Shown here: one piece after another, positions 50,582 through 59,381 of the stretch
Layout of the letters: each line of letters begins with the position of its first letter
How positions within the stretch are numbered: position 1 is the stretch's first letter
Notes under the pieces: model-generated
Seen by the model: only the letters and a program-made list of their open reading frames with translations
Told to the model about the DNA's origin: nothing
Databases searched by the model: none
Source: Candidatus Curtissbacteria bacterium
GTDB taxonomy: Bacteria; Patescibacteriota; Microgenomatia; Curtissbacterales; GWA2-41-24
Reading direction: 5' to 3'
NCBI GenBank assembly: GCA_016183325.1
Contig: JACPEV010000003.1
Location: forward strand, 82,000-145,999
DNA length: 64,000 nt
Position numbers and translations under genes: made by a program

Positions 50582-50749
50582 AAATCGCGGCGCTGTAATT
50601 ATAGCTCAGTTGATAAATCTCCTCCATCCCCGCGCACTCGGAGGAATTTTTAAATAACAATATTAACAAAATATGCAACGATCATTGAATAAAATGTAAT
50701 TTTGGTCTACTTGGAAATTAGAAATTTGGAATTGAAAACTCCTCGAGTT

Positions 50750-51367
50750 CTACTCGAGGTTAATCCTCTTCTGAAGCGCCGCGGCCCACCTGTCAAAAAG
50801 AGTATACACCGGAGCATGATAATAGTGGAGATGCTTCTCTAAATTATCCAAAATCGTCTTCTCATCTACTGTTGAAAGCAGAAGTATAAGTCGTGACGGA
50901 TAATGCAGGTACGTTTGTACAACCAATAATCTATCATCTCCCCGCTTATCAAACCAGAAAGAATCCAACTCGTCCCATAAAAATGCTCTTCTGCCGGTAA
51001 CTATCCCCATATTTGTAATTTTGTGCTCGATCACCTCAGGCTCGACTGTTGCAAAAACCCAAATTACAAAAACCAAAGCAAAAATTACTCCCACTGCAAA
51101 AAATTCGCTAAAGGCAACCGCCAAAAGAATTAATATCAATGCAAAAAGAGCAGTTTTGGTAAAATATTTTTTTGTCCTCGCCTTAAAAATTCTAACCGGA
51201 GATTTCCAGGAAACAATAGGTTTTGCCTCCAAAGCCGCTTGATGTTTAGCATCAAGTTCCTCCTTGGTAGGCGGTCTTTCAGGCCTATCCAGTTTCTCAG
51301 CTGATTCCTTTTCTGGCTTTGGCTCTTTTGCAGAATCAGCAGAGTTCTTTTTCTCAGGTTTAGCCAC
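50750..51367 (-). CDS. Conserved CPR membrane protein
   Basis: W.SP.R, 2 TM, P....KITN.GI....F.W.EL.SFW. Confidence 0.75.
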   Translation of the reverse strand: MAKPEKKNSADSAKEPKPEKESAEKLDRPERPPTKEELDAKHQAALEAKPIVSWKSPVRIFKARTKKYFTKTALFALILILLAVAFSEFFAVGVIFALVFVIWVFATVEPEVIEHKITNMGIVTGRRAFLWDELDSFWFDKRGDDRLLVVQTYLHYPSRLILLLSTVDEKTILDNLEKHLHYYHAPVYTLFDRWAAALQKRINLE

Positions 51368-51493
51368 TTCAATAATCTTTCTAATATTAAGTTTATCACA
51401 TTCCCAAAAATGTCAAGAAGTGCAGGGGGTATCACCTTCATCATTCACCATCGGGTATAATTATACTGTGCTGCGGGGTCTGTAGAAGAGAAA

Positions 51494-51874
51494 TCAATAC
51501 GGAGATTCTACTGAGAGTGAGGGTATAAAATCAAAATCCTTTTGATTTTTAGTTAAAAGTCTTGCTTTATATTCAAGTGCTGTTGAAGCAATTAGGCTAT
51601 CTGCTAAAGCTAAAGAATAATTAAGATGAAATTTTTTAATCAACTCAAAAGAGCGCTTACTAATTTTGTCAGTAATCTCCATTACCGAAAATTTCGAAAT
51701 TAAATCTTCTGCAATTTTTTGTGCTCTTTTATCCCTAGCCCCCTTCACAAACTCTATTGCTGTTACAACAGAAATAGAATATTTATGCACCTTATAGGTA
51801 GAATTCAGAAATTGTTGAGCTTTAGTAAAACCGCGTGCATAGTCGACAATTACATCAGTATCAATAAGCATCAT
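51494..51874 (-). CDS. VapC/PIN toxin
   Basis: LIDTDV..E..G..DSLIASTA..TKN.KDF. Confidence 0.9.
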   Translation of the reverse strand: MMLIDTDVIVDYARGFTKAQQFLNSTYKVHKYSISVVTAIEFVKGARDKRAQKIAEDLISKFSVMEITDKISKRSFELIKKFHLNYSLALADSLIASTALEYKARLLTKNQKDFDFIPSLSVESPY

Positions 51875-52137
51875 TGAAACAAAAGGGGTCGTTTATTCCT
51901 CGGTAGCTTAGCGAGCACATCTAGTGCCTGGCCAATTTCGTCTTGATACCTCTCCCAACTCTGCCTAATTTTTTTAAAATCAGTTTTAAATTGTCCCATT
52001 GTAATTGGCTTTAGAAGTAATCCTTGTTCTGTCTGTTCGACCTCAAGCAATGAGTTCTCCTCTAGGTTAAGATTTTTTCTCATTTTATTAGGAATAGTGA
52101 TTTGTCCTCTAGGCAAAATTCTCACAACTGTCTGCAT
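51871..52137 (-). CDS. AbrB-family antitoxin
   Basis: RGQITIP..MR. Confidence 0.88.
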   Translation of the reverse strand: MQTVVRILPRGQITIPNKMRKNLNLEENSLLEVEQTEQGLLLKPITMGQFKTDFKKIRQSWERYQDEIGQALDVLAKLPRNKRPLLFQ

Positions 52138-52276
52138 TCTACAGATATGATAATCGGAAAATCAGATTTTTTCAATAACTAAAATAGTGGAAACGCTGCG
52201 GTGCCTAGTTGATTGAAAATGGTGAGTTTATCGAACCACTATGTTGGAACCTTCTTTAAGAATTATTTTTCAGATG

Positions 52277-52513
52277 CTATTTTTTGGGTTTAGCAAAATA
52301 AATTACCCAACTACCAAATGTTAACGCAAGGAATACAACAAGGAATACTAGTAAGGTATTAATTCCTCCAGGTATGATGCCTTCTAATACTTCGCTCCTC
52401 GAGATACCTCCTTGTGTTGGATCAGCAACAGTTTTTGAATATTGAAAAACGACGACAAGAAGTACAGCATAGAAAATAGTCAATATAGTAATTAACAATG
52501 CTATATTCTTCAT
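52277..52513 (-). CDS. Small 2-TM membrane protein
   Basis: 78 aa, two hydrophobic helices. Confidence 0.6.
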   Translation of the reverse strand: MKNIALLITILTIFYAVLLVVVFQYSKTVADPTQGGISRSEVLEGIIPGGINTLLVFLVVFLALTFGSWVIYFAKPKK

Positions 52514-52696
52514 ATTTCAAATTGGACCCTATTAAGATTAAAGTCCTAATGTTATTAACTGTGCGGAAAGCAGTAGATGACGTTAGAACTTTTTACGCAC
52601 AATCCCTTGCTTTCCCACAGTACATTATACCAAGTTTTCCAGGTGATATCAGCCAGTGATATTGACATATGATATAATAGTTACTAGAATACATTT

Positions 52697-52978
52697 ATGT
52701 TCAATACAAATATTATCCCAGCCAGAAACCTTCAAAAATCTTATAAGTCTATTATTGAAAGAGTTAAAACTAAAAAGAATGCAATAGTCTTAACCACTAA
52801 TAAAAAGCCTCAGGCTGCTATTGTTAGTCTTGAGGACTTAGACAGAATCCAGCAAGCTAAAGCCATGCAGTCTTCTCTAGACATTCTTAAGTTGGCAACT
52901 GAAAGCAAAGAAGAACTAAAAAACCTACCAGCCGATTTGCGCAAAAGGGCAAACAAAATTTTATACAGCATAAAGTAA
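52697..52978 (+). CDS. Phd/YefM antitoxin
   Basis: I...V......IVLT.N.KPQAAIVS. Confidence 0.85.
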   Translation: MFNTNIIPARNLQKSYKSIIERVKTKKNAIVLTTNKKPQAAIVSLEDLDRIQQAKAMQSSLDILKLATESKEELKNLPADLRKRANKILYSIK

Positions 52979-52980
52979 AT

Positions 52981-53403
52981 ATGGCAAAGAGCGTTGTGGT
53001 TGATTCAGACGCAATCTTTGCTATTTACAATCCCAACGACCCACTAAACACTCAAGCAACTCAGACTTTCCAGCAGTTGATCGCCCGTGAATTTCAGCTT
53101 ATTTATCCTGTAACGGTTCTTTTTGAAGTAATCTCACTATTCCAACGTGTTTTACCAACACCAGCAGTAACTAAAAAACTTATAGATATGATTAAAAATG
53201 ATCAGTTTCTAGTTCAAGCCATTGATAGCGATATATTAAAAAAATCAGCAGAATTGTTTGACCCTACCGGAAGTAAGAAAAATACTTTAATTGATTGTTC
53301 AGTAGTTATTGTTGCTAAAAAGATAAAAGCTAGTGGCGTTTTTGCCTATGATAGTTTCTACACCAAGCAAAGTCTAAAATTAGCTGAAGATTTAATTGGT
53401 TAG
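52981..53403 (+). CDS. VapC/PIN toxin
   Basis: VVDSDA..D..E..LIDC..FAYD. Confidence 0.88.
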   Translation: MAKSVVVDSDAIFAIYNPNDPLNTQATQTFQQLIAREFQLIYPVTVLFEVISLFQRVLPTPAVTKKLIDMIKNDQFLVQAIDSDILKKSAELFDPTGSKKNTLIDCSVVIVAKKIKASGVFAYDSFYTKQSLKLAEDLIG

Positions 53404-53438
53404 AACTTTTTGCAAGAAAGTAAAATAAAGCATATTTA

Positions 53439-53574
53439 GGTTCCAAAACCATTTATAGTTATAGAAAAAGCAAAATCTGAAGCTGATAAAATTTTGTCCG
53501 AGTTAGAACTCGATGAATATGCGCACTTGACGGCCCAATTGGCCTCTATTTTCTCCCAAAATCTCACTCTGCGG
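53439..53574 (+). mobile_element. Recombinase-tail-like relic reading into tRNA-Ser(TGA)
   Basis: VPKPFIVIEKAKSEADKILSELELDEYAHLTAQLASIFSQNLTLRR-GWDSNPR*. Confidence 0.7.
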
Positions 53575-53656
53575 AGAGGGTGGGATTCGAACCCACGGTA
53601 GCTTGCGCTACATTCGTTTTCAGGACGAACGCACTAGCCCACTATGCGACCTCTCC
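53572..53656 (-). tRNA. tRNA-Ser(TGA)
   Basis: Long variable arm; loop CCTGAAA (C33). Confidence 0.88.
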
Positions 53657-53661
53657 AAGTG

Positions 53662-53745
53662 CGGAGGGTGTGGGAGTCGAACCCACTCTGGACTTTCGCC
53701 CAGCAAGTTTAGCAAACTTGTGCCTTACCGTCCGGCCCACCCTCC
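53662..53745 (-). tRNA. tRNA-Ser(GCT)
   Basis: Stem CAAGT/ACTTG, loop TTGCTAA. Confidence 0.92.
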
Positions 53746-54731
53746 CAAAATGTATGATTTTTTAAAAAGAAACTCTTTTTAAAATTCCCTGTTCCAATTT
53801 CTTTAAGATAGCTCTTAACTTCGCTTTTATTATATAACCATACTTTATATCTACCATCATTCTTGGGCTTGTAACCTAGGCCCCTTAATCCTTCATGAAC
53901 AAAATCCAGAAGCGGCAAAGATCGATTCGTAAAAACAATCTTTGGATATGAATATAGCTTCCCATTTACTTTATAGCGATGCATCGCAAAACAACCGTCT
54001 GTATCAACTAAACCGCGAATGCATGCTTTAATATATTCAGGCTTCAACAAAATCCATTCTGGAACTCCAACTTGTAAAAGTACTTTATTACCTCTTCTGA
54101 GACCTTTTTGCTCTAGGTATTTTATCAGATTAATACTTGAAACCATAACTCTTACGACTTTCTGAGTTTTATGTCTAAATAGACTTGGTTTTAAACCAAA
54201 AAGTTTCTCTATTAAATCGCGCACATAAAAAACATACTCCTCATCAACTTCACTGTTCAGGTAGATAACACATTGAAAATTACTTAATCCTCCATCACCA
54301 AGTAAAATTCCAATAAATTCTGCTAAATTCTCGTTTTCCTCGGGAATATTTATGTTTTTCGCCAAATTTCCGAGAACTCTTCTTTTTTTAATTCCATTTA
54401 AACCGCCCCTTCTACGTCCTTCAGGAGTGCCCAAATCCCCATGCAATTTAAAACGAACCATAGCACCTTTGCGACATATCTCTAGTTTTCTAGCAAACCA
54501 GCGGTCAATTAAGATTTTCTCCTGTTCTGGAAAGAGAACTTCATATTTTTTTGCAAGCAACTTCACAGCTTCAGAAGGTGGGCACAACTTTTCCCTCCTC
54601 CAATCAAAAAGGGTTCTTCGATGCACACCCACTTCGTCTGCAAGCTGTTTCGGAGAAAAACCACTATTCCTAACTACTCGCTCAAAAAAGTCTCTCTGCT
54701 CTCCAGTTCTAAATAAAACTCTCTGTTTCAC
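53709..54731 (-). CDS. Free-standing HTH + double-motif LAGLIDADG endonuclease-like protein
   Basis: LADEVGVHRRTLFDW HTH; LAEFIGILLGDGG and CIRGLVDTDGC. Confidence 0.88.
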   Translation of the reverse strand: MKQRVLFRTGEQRDFFERVVRNSGFSPKQLADEVGVHRRTLFDWRREKLCPPSEAVKLLAKKYEVLFPEQEKILIDRWFARKLEICRKGAMVRFKLHGDLGTPEGRRRGGLNGIKKRRVLGNLAKNINIPEENENLAEFIGILLGDGGLSNFQCVIYLNSEVDEEYVFYVRDLIEKLFGLKPSLFRHKTQKVVRVMVSSINLIKYLEQKGLRRGNKVLLQVGVPEWILLKPEYIKACIRGLVDTDGCFAMHRYKVNGKLYSYPKIVFTNRSLPLLDFVHEGLRGLGYKPKNDGRYKVWLYNKSEVKSYLKEIGTGNFKKSFFLKNHTFWEGGPDGKAQVC

Positions 54732-54777
54732 AAATATATTTCTAAGCTACTTCTCCATTTTACCAGAATATATCCCC

Positions 54778-54807
54778 TTAACCAAGCGCAATCGCCAATC
54801 CCCAAAC
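54778..54807 (-). pseudogene. Relic copy of comF 3' end
   Basis: VWGLAIALG* versus ComF VWGLAVALG*. Confidence 0.85.
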
Positions 54808-54837
54808 AGGCTGTACCTATTTTGGTAATATAATCTT

Positions 54838-56358
54838 GTGACAAAATTTTTCGAAAAATCCCTAATCATTCTAATTTTGCCACTAATTGTCCTTGCAGTT
54901 GAAACATTTACCCTCTTTCTCAAAAATCCACCCGTATGGCCGGATGAAGCAATCTACGCTAATATTGCCAGTAATTGGCTCACTGAAAAAAGATTAGGTC
55001 CGGATATTTGGCTTGACGCTTATCCCGGAGCAACTGACCATTTTTATTCATATCCTCCTTTATTTTTCTTAATAATTGGAGCTTATTTTAAACTCTTCGG
55101 CGCTTCTATCGAATCTCAAAGACTGATCAGTCAAACAGCAGCAATTGTCTTCTTAATTGTCTTTTTCTTTTTAGTTAAATCTATCTTTCCAAACAAAAAA
55201 GTTCATGTCTTATTTATCTTACCTCTAATCGCCCTCATTCTAGATCCGTTCTTCTCGCGGGCTTCCAGAATCGCCAGACCGGAGATGACAGTTACCCTAA
55301 TTGGTTCTCTTGGCTTTCTTGCTTTTATCAAATCCAGAAATTCACACAACCCAGCCATAAGTCACCTTCTTACAATAATTTGTGGGATTCTAACTAGTTT
55401 TGCGCTTTTGACTCACTTTTTGGGCGGAATGATTTTTACAATCAGTATCCTGTTAAATTTCCTCTTCCAGGATAAATTTAGGCTTATCAAATCTAAAAAT
55501 TTTTATTTGTTTATTCTTTCATTCCTAACTGCACCCTTCTTATACTTCCTCTCAATCCTTCCCAATTGGACCATATTTCAATACCAATTACTTACATACT
55601 CTAAAGCCGTTTCCGAATATTCTTATTTCGTCTTAAGCCTTATCTATAGCACTAACACCGTGCACCAAATACTTATAATCACCTACATCGCAGCAACTGT
55701 ATCATTTATCATCAAAACAGCAATAAACAAATCCCAAGAATTAATCCCTTTTGCCATAATTCTTTGCGTATCTTGGATAGCCGTTGTTTATTATAAAGAA
55801 GTTTGGTATTTTTTTTATGTTATCCCTTGGATTTATTTATCCGCATCATTTATTTTTATAGAATTTTTTACTAAATATTTTAAAAACTTTATAAAACTGC
55901 AGAAGAGAAATTTTTTTCATCTGGTGGCAATTGAAGCCCCAATTATCCTCACAAGTCTCATGTTTATGGTGGGTCTATTTTACACACTTAAATTAATTTA
56001 TACCTATTTGCCCAATAAATACTCATACCATCTTTTCGAAAAACGTATACTTGATGTCATTCCCCAAAATAAAACAGTTTTTCTTTCTTCCATCCCGGAT
56101 CCTTATTTTGCTCTTAAATTAAGGGGTACAAATACCCTTTATGAATTTCCTGTTGTGACAATAGAAAAAGAAAAATTTCTAGAGCTTCTCGACAATTCCG
56201 ACTACATTATATTTACCAATGTTTACAGCAAAACAAGCAGTCTACTCCCTGCATATATCAGCAAAAATGCCCAAAAAACTATTACCATTGGATCAAAAGA
56301 TCAATACCAAACACATGTTTTCGAACTCAAACCTAAAGACCAAAGACAAAAACCTTGA
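54838..56358 (+). CDS. GT-C (ArnT-like) glycosyltransferase
   Basis: VWPDEA, YPPL, SR.ARPE; AT-rich, multi-TM. Confidence 0.83.
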   Translation: MTKFFEKSLIILILPLIVLAVETFTLFLKNPPVWPDEAIYANIASNWLTEKRLGPDIWLDAYPGATDHFYSYPPLFFLIIGAYFKLFGASIESQRLISQTAAIVFLIVFFFLVKSIFPNKKVHVLFILPLIALILDPFFSRASRIARPEMTVTLIGSLGFLAFIKSRNSHNPAISHLLTIICGILTSFALLTHFLGGMIFTISILLNFLFQDKFRLIKSKNFYLFILSFLTAPFLYFLSILPNWTIFQYQLLTYSKAVSEYSYFVLSLIYSTNTVHQILIITYIAATVSFIIKTAINKSQELIPFAIILCVSWIAVVYYKEVWYFFYVIPWIYLSASFIFIEFFTKYFKNFIKLQKRNFFHLVAIEAPIILTSLMFMVGLFYTLKLIYTYLPNKYSYHLFEKRILDVIPQNKTVFLSSIPDPYFALKLRGTNTLYEFPVVTIEKEKFLELLDNSDYIIFTNVYSKTSSLLPAYISKNAQKTITIGSKDQYQTHVFELKPKDQRQKP

Positions 56359-56371
56359 GTAAAAAATACCA

Positions 56372-57085
56372 TCATCCAAGCGCGACTGCCAATCCCCAAA
56401 CATCTTTTGCCCCGACTCGTTTTAGAACTTTACAGCATTCACTCATAGTAGCCCCGCTTGTATAGACATCATCCACTAACAAAATATTCTTGTCTCTAAT
56501 ATCAAAATTTAGCGGTTTACCATGAACCTGCTCGCCCTGAGCTTGTCGAATGGGCCGAAGCGAAAAAGCGCTTCTAACATTTTCTTTTCTTTTATCAGAC
56601 TTAAGTTCAACTTGAGGTCTTGTATACCTGTTTCTAACAAGCAAATCACTGTAGGGGTGCTTAAATCTTCTTGCCAGATCCTGACCAATCAGTTCTGCTT
56701 GGTTAAAACCTCGCCATCTTTTTCTCTTAATGTGAAGTGGTACCGGGACCAAAGTTGCATCGGGGGGAAAATCAAATTTCCATAAATTGCCAGCTACGAC
56801 ACTAACCAAAATCTTGCCAATATCATAAACCCATTTATATTTAATTTTCTGCACTGCTTTGGCTATTGCACCTCGATACCGACAGACTACAATCAATCCA
56901 TCCAATTGATACCGGCCACCACACCCTGGGTGCGTCCTCCCACCGATTGCTTGCCTCTGGCAAATAGGGCAAAGTGGCTTCTTTATAAATTCGATCTCAG
57001 AAAAACATTTTTTACAAATATACGCACCGAGGTTTCCGCAGGAAACACAGCGCTTGGGGAAAAGAAAATCAAGCAAAAAGTTCAT
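56372..57085 (-). CDS. comF: Competence protein ComF with in-frame insert
   Basis: Zn ribbon C..C, RGFNQ, LLVDDVYTSGAT. Confidence 0.92.
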   Translation of the reverse strand: MNFLLDFLFPKRCVSCGNLGAYICKKCFSEIEFIKKPLCPICQRQAIGGRTHPGCGGRYQLDGLIVVCRYRGAIAKAVQKIKYKWVYDIGKILVSVVAGNLWKFDFPPDATLVPVPLHIKRKRWRGFNQAELIGQDLARRFKHPYSDLLVRNRYTRPQVELKSDKRKENVRSAFSLRPIRQAQGEQVHGKPLNFDIRDKNILLVDDVYTSGATMSECCKVLKRVGAKDVWGLAVALG

Positions 57086-57105
57086 AGTTGATTCCACTAC
57101 CAACT

Positions 57106-57133
57106 AAAAAGGTCTCCTTCGGGAGACCTTTTT
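57106..57133. terminator. Intrinsic terminator after tmRNA
   Basis: AAAAAGGTCTCC-TTCG-GGAGACCTTTTT. Confidence 0.85.
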
Positions 57134-57136
57134 CTG

Positions 57137-57539
57137 TGGAGATGGCCGGGTATGGCCCGGCGTCCAAGATAAACTTATCAAAAACTTCTACAAGCTTAGT
57201 TAATCTTTAAAATCTCGCCTCACCTCTTTGTCGATTAACAAACGGAAACAAGGCAAAGATCTAAATTTCAGGCTAAGGTTAGATCAAAACCAAAGTCCTA
57301 CTCTCGGCTAAGTTTGTGCCCCAAATAACCTCACCGAGAAAAGGTTAAAGAGACAAGCTCAAAGCTTAAGCTTATGCAAAAGCTAGAGCTGGACTTGGGC
57401 TAAAGGTTTCCCTCAAAGCCGCAAGACCTCGTGCAAATAAGTTTCTTGCACTTAAATTTGATTCAAAGCTTGACGCACTTTAGAATCGTATTCGGCTTGC
57501 AGTTTTTAATGTGCTATCCTGTCGAAACAATACATCCCC
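57137..57539 (-). ncRNA. ssrA: tmRNA
   Basis: GGGGATG/CATCTCC acceptor with G3-U, TTCGAC near 5' end, tag ORF 57372-57449 ending ALAFA*. Confidence 0.88.
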
Positions 57540-57776
57540 GTACTTTAAGGAGACAACTTGCGGTTTTCTCCCTACGGGTCGATCTTTTAGATCAGACCTT
57601 AATATTACTCTTTCCCTTTAAAGGATAAATTTAGACTGGCGGAGCCAGATTTAAATTTATCTTGAAGAACAAAAACAAATTATAGCAGTGTTTGGCCTCA
57701 AAAGCAAATTTTTGGAGTGTCGTAACTCTTACAAAGTCGGTGGTTGGTGATATGGATGCATTTGGTCTGTTTGGTT

Positions 57777-57989
57777 TTAACAGACTGAGGCGATCTGATC
57801 AAACCTGTGCATGCCTGTATACTGAGTCAGAAAGAAGAAGTTTAAGACCGCTTCTTGTGATTTAAATCCCTTTGTTGTTTTGTACCTGATCTTACTTCTG
57901 CCAATTGCTCTTTCCGTGGCATTGTTGGTTGTGGGCAAATCATCTCTTGGATGTTTAAGGTATGCTGTATAGTTGTGCCACTGCCATTT
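57777..57989 (-). pseudogene. DDE transposase C-terminal fragment
   Basis: LPTTNNATERAIGRSKIRYKTTKGFKS. Confidence 0.75.
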
Positions 57990-58431
57990 AGCAAATACAA
58001 AATTCTCAAAAGTGAAACCTAAGAGACATGCTCTGTTTGATCGAAGGAACGAGGAATTAACTTTTTTGCTTGGTAAAGCTCTAATTACGACCAGTTTTAG
58101 CCGTTTAGTTTCTAGATCATATTTACAAAACCAAACAGCTGGAACAAGGGAAAGTTTCTTAAGATGGATTGTTGATTATGGTAATACAGACGGGTTAGGG
58201 ATATTCGATCAAAATCGAGTAGAATGGTTTGAAAGAAAAGCATATAGAGATGTTTTGTTAGACTATTTAGGTTTTGAGAGACTATATGAAAATATATCAG
58301 GTGAAGAGGAGTATAAAGAACATAGAGATTACTTATCGAGAAAGGGTTTCTCTGATCCAGCTAAAGAAAAAGAGGAGCTTCTCAAAGAGTGGCGTAAAGA
58401 ATTTATTGAAAGGTATGCAGATGAGCCCTAA
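57973..58431 (+). CDS. Hypothetical protein, probably 5'-truncated
   Basis: Open frame starting inside the transposase relic. Confidence 0.4.
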   Translation: MCHCHLANTKFSKVKPKRHALFDRRNEELTFLLGKALITTSFSRLVSRSYLQNQTAGTRESFLRWIVDYGNTDGLGIFDQNRVEWFERKAYRDVLLDYLGFERLYENISGEEEYKEHRDYLSRKGFSDPAKEKEELLKEWRKEFIERYADEP

Positions 58432-58432
58432 G

Positions 58433-58468
58433 ATCAGATTCTTTGACTAATAGCTTCCATGAAGACAA
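58433..58468 (-). pseudogene. Probable relic of pyrG 3' end
   Basis: IVFMEAISQRI* versus PyrG LAFMEAVAKAQ*; GCTTCCATGAA at the same offset from the stop. Confidence 0.6.
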
Positions 58469-58469
58469 T

Positions 58470-58730
58470 TCACTCGCTAACGGAACGGTGAAGGATTGAG
58501 GAAACTAGGGTTTGATACGGAATTCCTTCTCGGACTGCTCTGGCTTTTATTTTATGTAAGTCACGCTCCGTAAGCCTAATATTAATATTCCTTGTTTTAT
58601 TAAGAGTGTTTCTGGCATAAGCTTGGTAAAGCTTCTTCGCCTTGGTGAAGTTTTTAATACTTTTCCATTCTCCTGCCTCGAATTCTCTTAAAAGTTCCTC
58701 TTCTTCTTTATCTAACTCAAAGTATTTCAT
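58470..58730 (-). CDS. CopG/BrnA-like antitoxin
   Basis: INIRL...DL..IK.RA..EGIPYQTL. Confidence 0.88.
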   Translation of the reverse strand: MKYFELDKEEEELLREFEAGEWKSIKNFTKAKKLYQAYARNTLNKTRNINIRLTERDLHKIKARAVREGIPYQTLVSSILHRSVSE

Positions 58731-59014
58731 TTATTCTCCTTTCTTTGAAACAAATATTTTTTAGTTGCCTTCCTTGAAGGAAAAATAGTTTTTAAGAAAA
58801 TCTTCTCTTCATCCTCAACAAATGGAACCAAATAGGCATAATTACCAATCTCAACAACGAACATTTTCTGATTAGGATATTTCTTCTTATTGGGATGACC
58901 TGTTGTGTCTAATAACTTTCCTTCTTCAATGGCCACTTGTACGTCATCAAATCCTATACCTCGCTCAATTTTAAGCTTTAAATTCTTTCTTTCATCCCAA
59001 TCAAAGTATTTCAC
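58727..59014 (-). CDS. BrnT-like (DUF497) toxin
   Basis: FDWD..KN..LK.ERGI.F, FLKTIFPSRK. Confidence 0.88.
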   Translation of the reverse strand: MKYFDWDERKNLKLKIERGIGFDDVQVAIEEGKLLDTTGHPNKKKYPNQKMFVVEIGNYAYLVPFVEDEEKIFLKTIFPSRKATKKYLFQRKENK

Positions 59015-59097
59015 TTATAAATATTATGACAAAAGATATGATTTGTCAATTATCGAAGACATACGTAACTACTCACCATTCTGATGTTGTAATTATT

Positions 59098-59303
59098 GTT
59101 CGAGGCTAAAAGCCGAGAACTACAAACAGATTAGACTTCTCGCTTACGCTCGAAGAATACAATCGTATCAGTTATTGTGAACTCTTACAGACATACATGT
59201 TCACTTATCAACAAAATTATTCACTGAGCGAGCGTCAGCAAGTCGAAGTATTCCCCCAGTTATGCCTTCCCTTCGACTCCGCTCAGGGTAAACTAGCTCA
59301 GGT
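59098..59303. repeat. Cluster of palindromic repeat elements
   Basis: CTGAGCGAGCGTCAGCAAGTCGAAG facing CCTTCGACTCCGCTCAGGG; TTCGAGG..CGCTCGAA. Confidence 0.7.
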
Positions 59304-59381
59304 AATAATTATTTTGCAGAATGGTGGATACTTACATAATTAAGTATTAACTTAATTAAGTAATTGTTTTATAATATAGTT

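Noticed and set aside
51470-51493. CTGCGGGGTCTG as a further att arm
   Set aside because: Only the core matches; the GTTNGAAC part is absent
32536-53418. GTTAGAAC motifs as integron attC sites
   Set aside because: They do not fit GTTRRRY with an inverse core and palindromic body; no IntI present
53709-54731. Intein or tRNA intron
   Set aside because: No splice-junction residues or host exteins; the tRNA is contiguous
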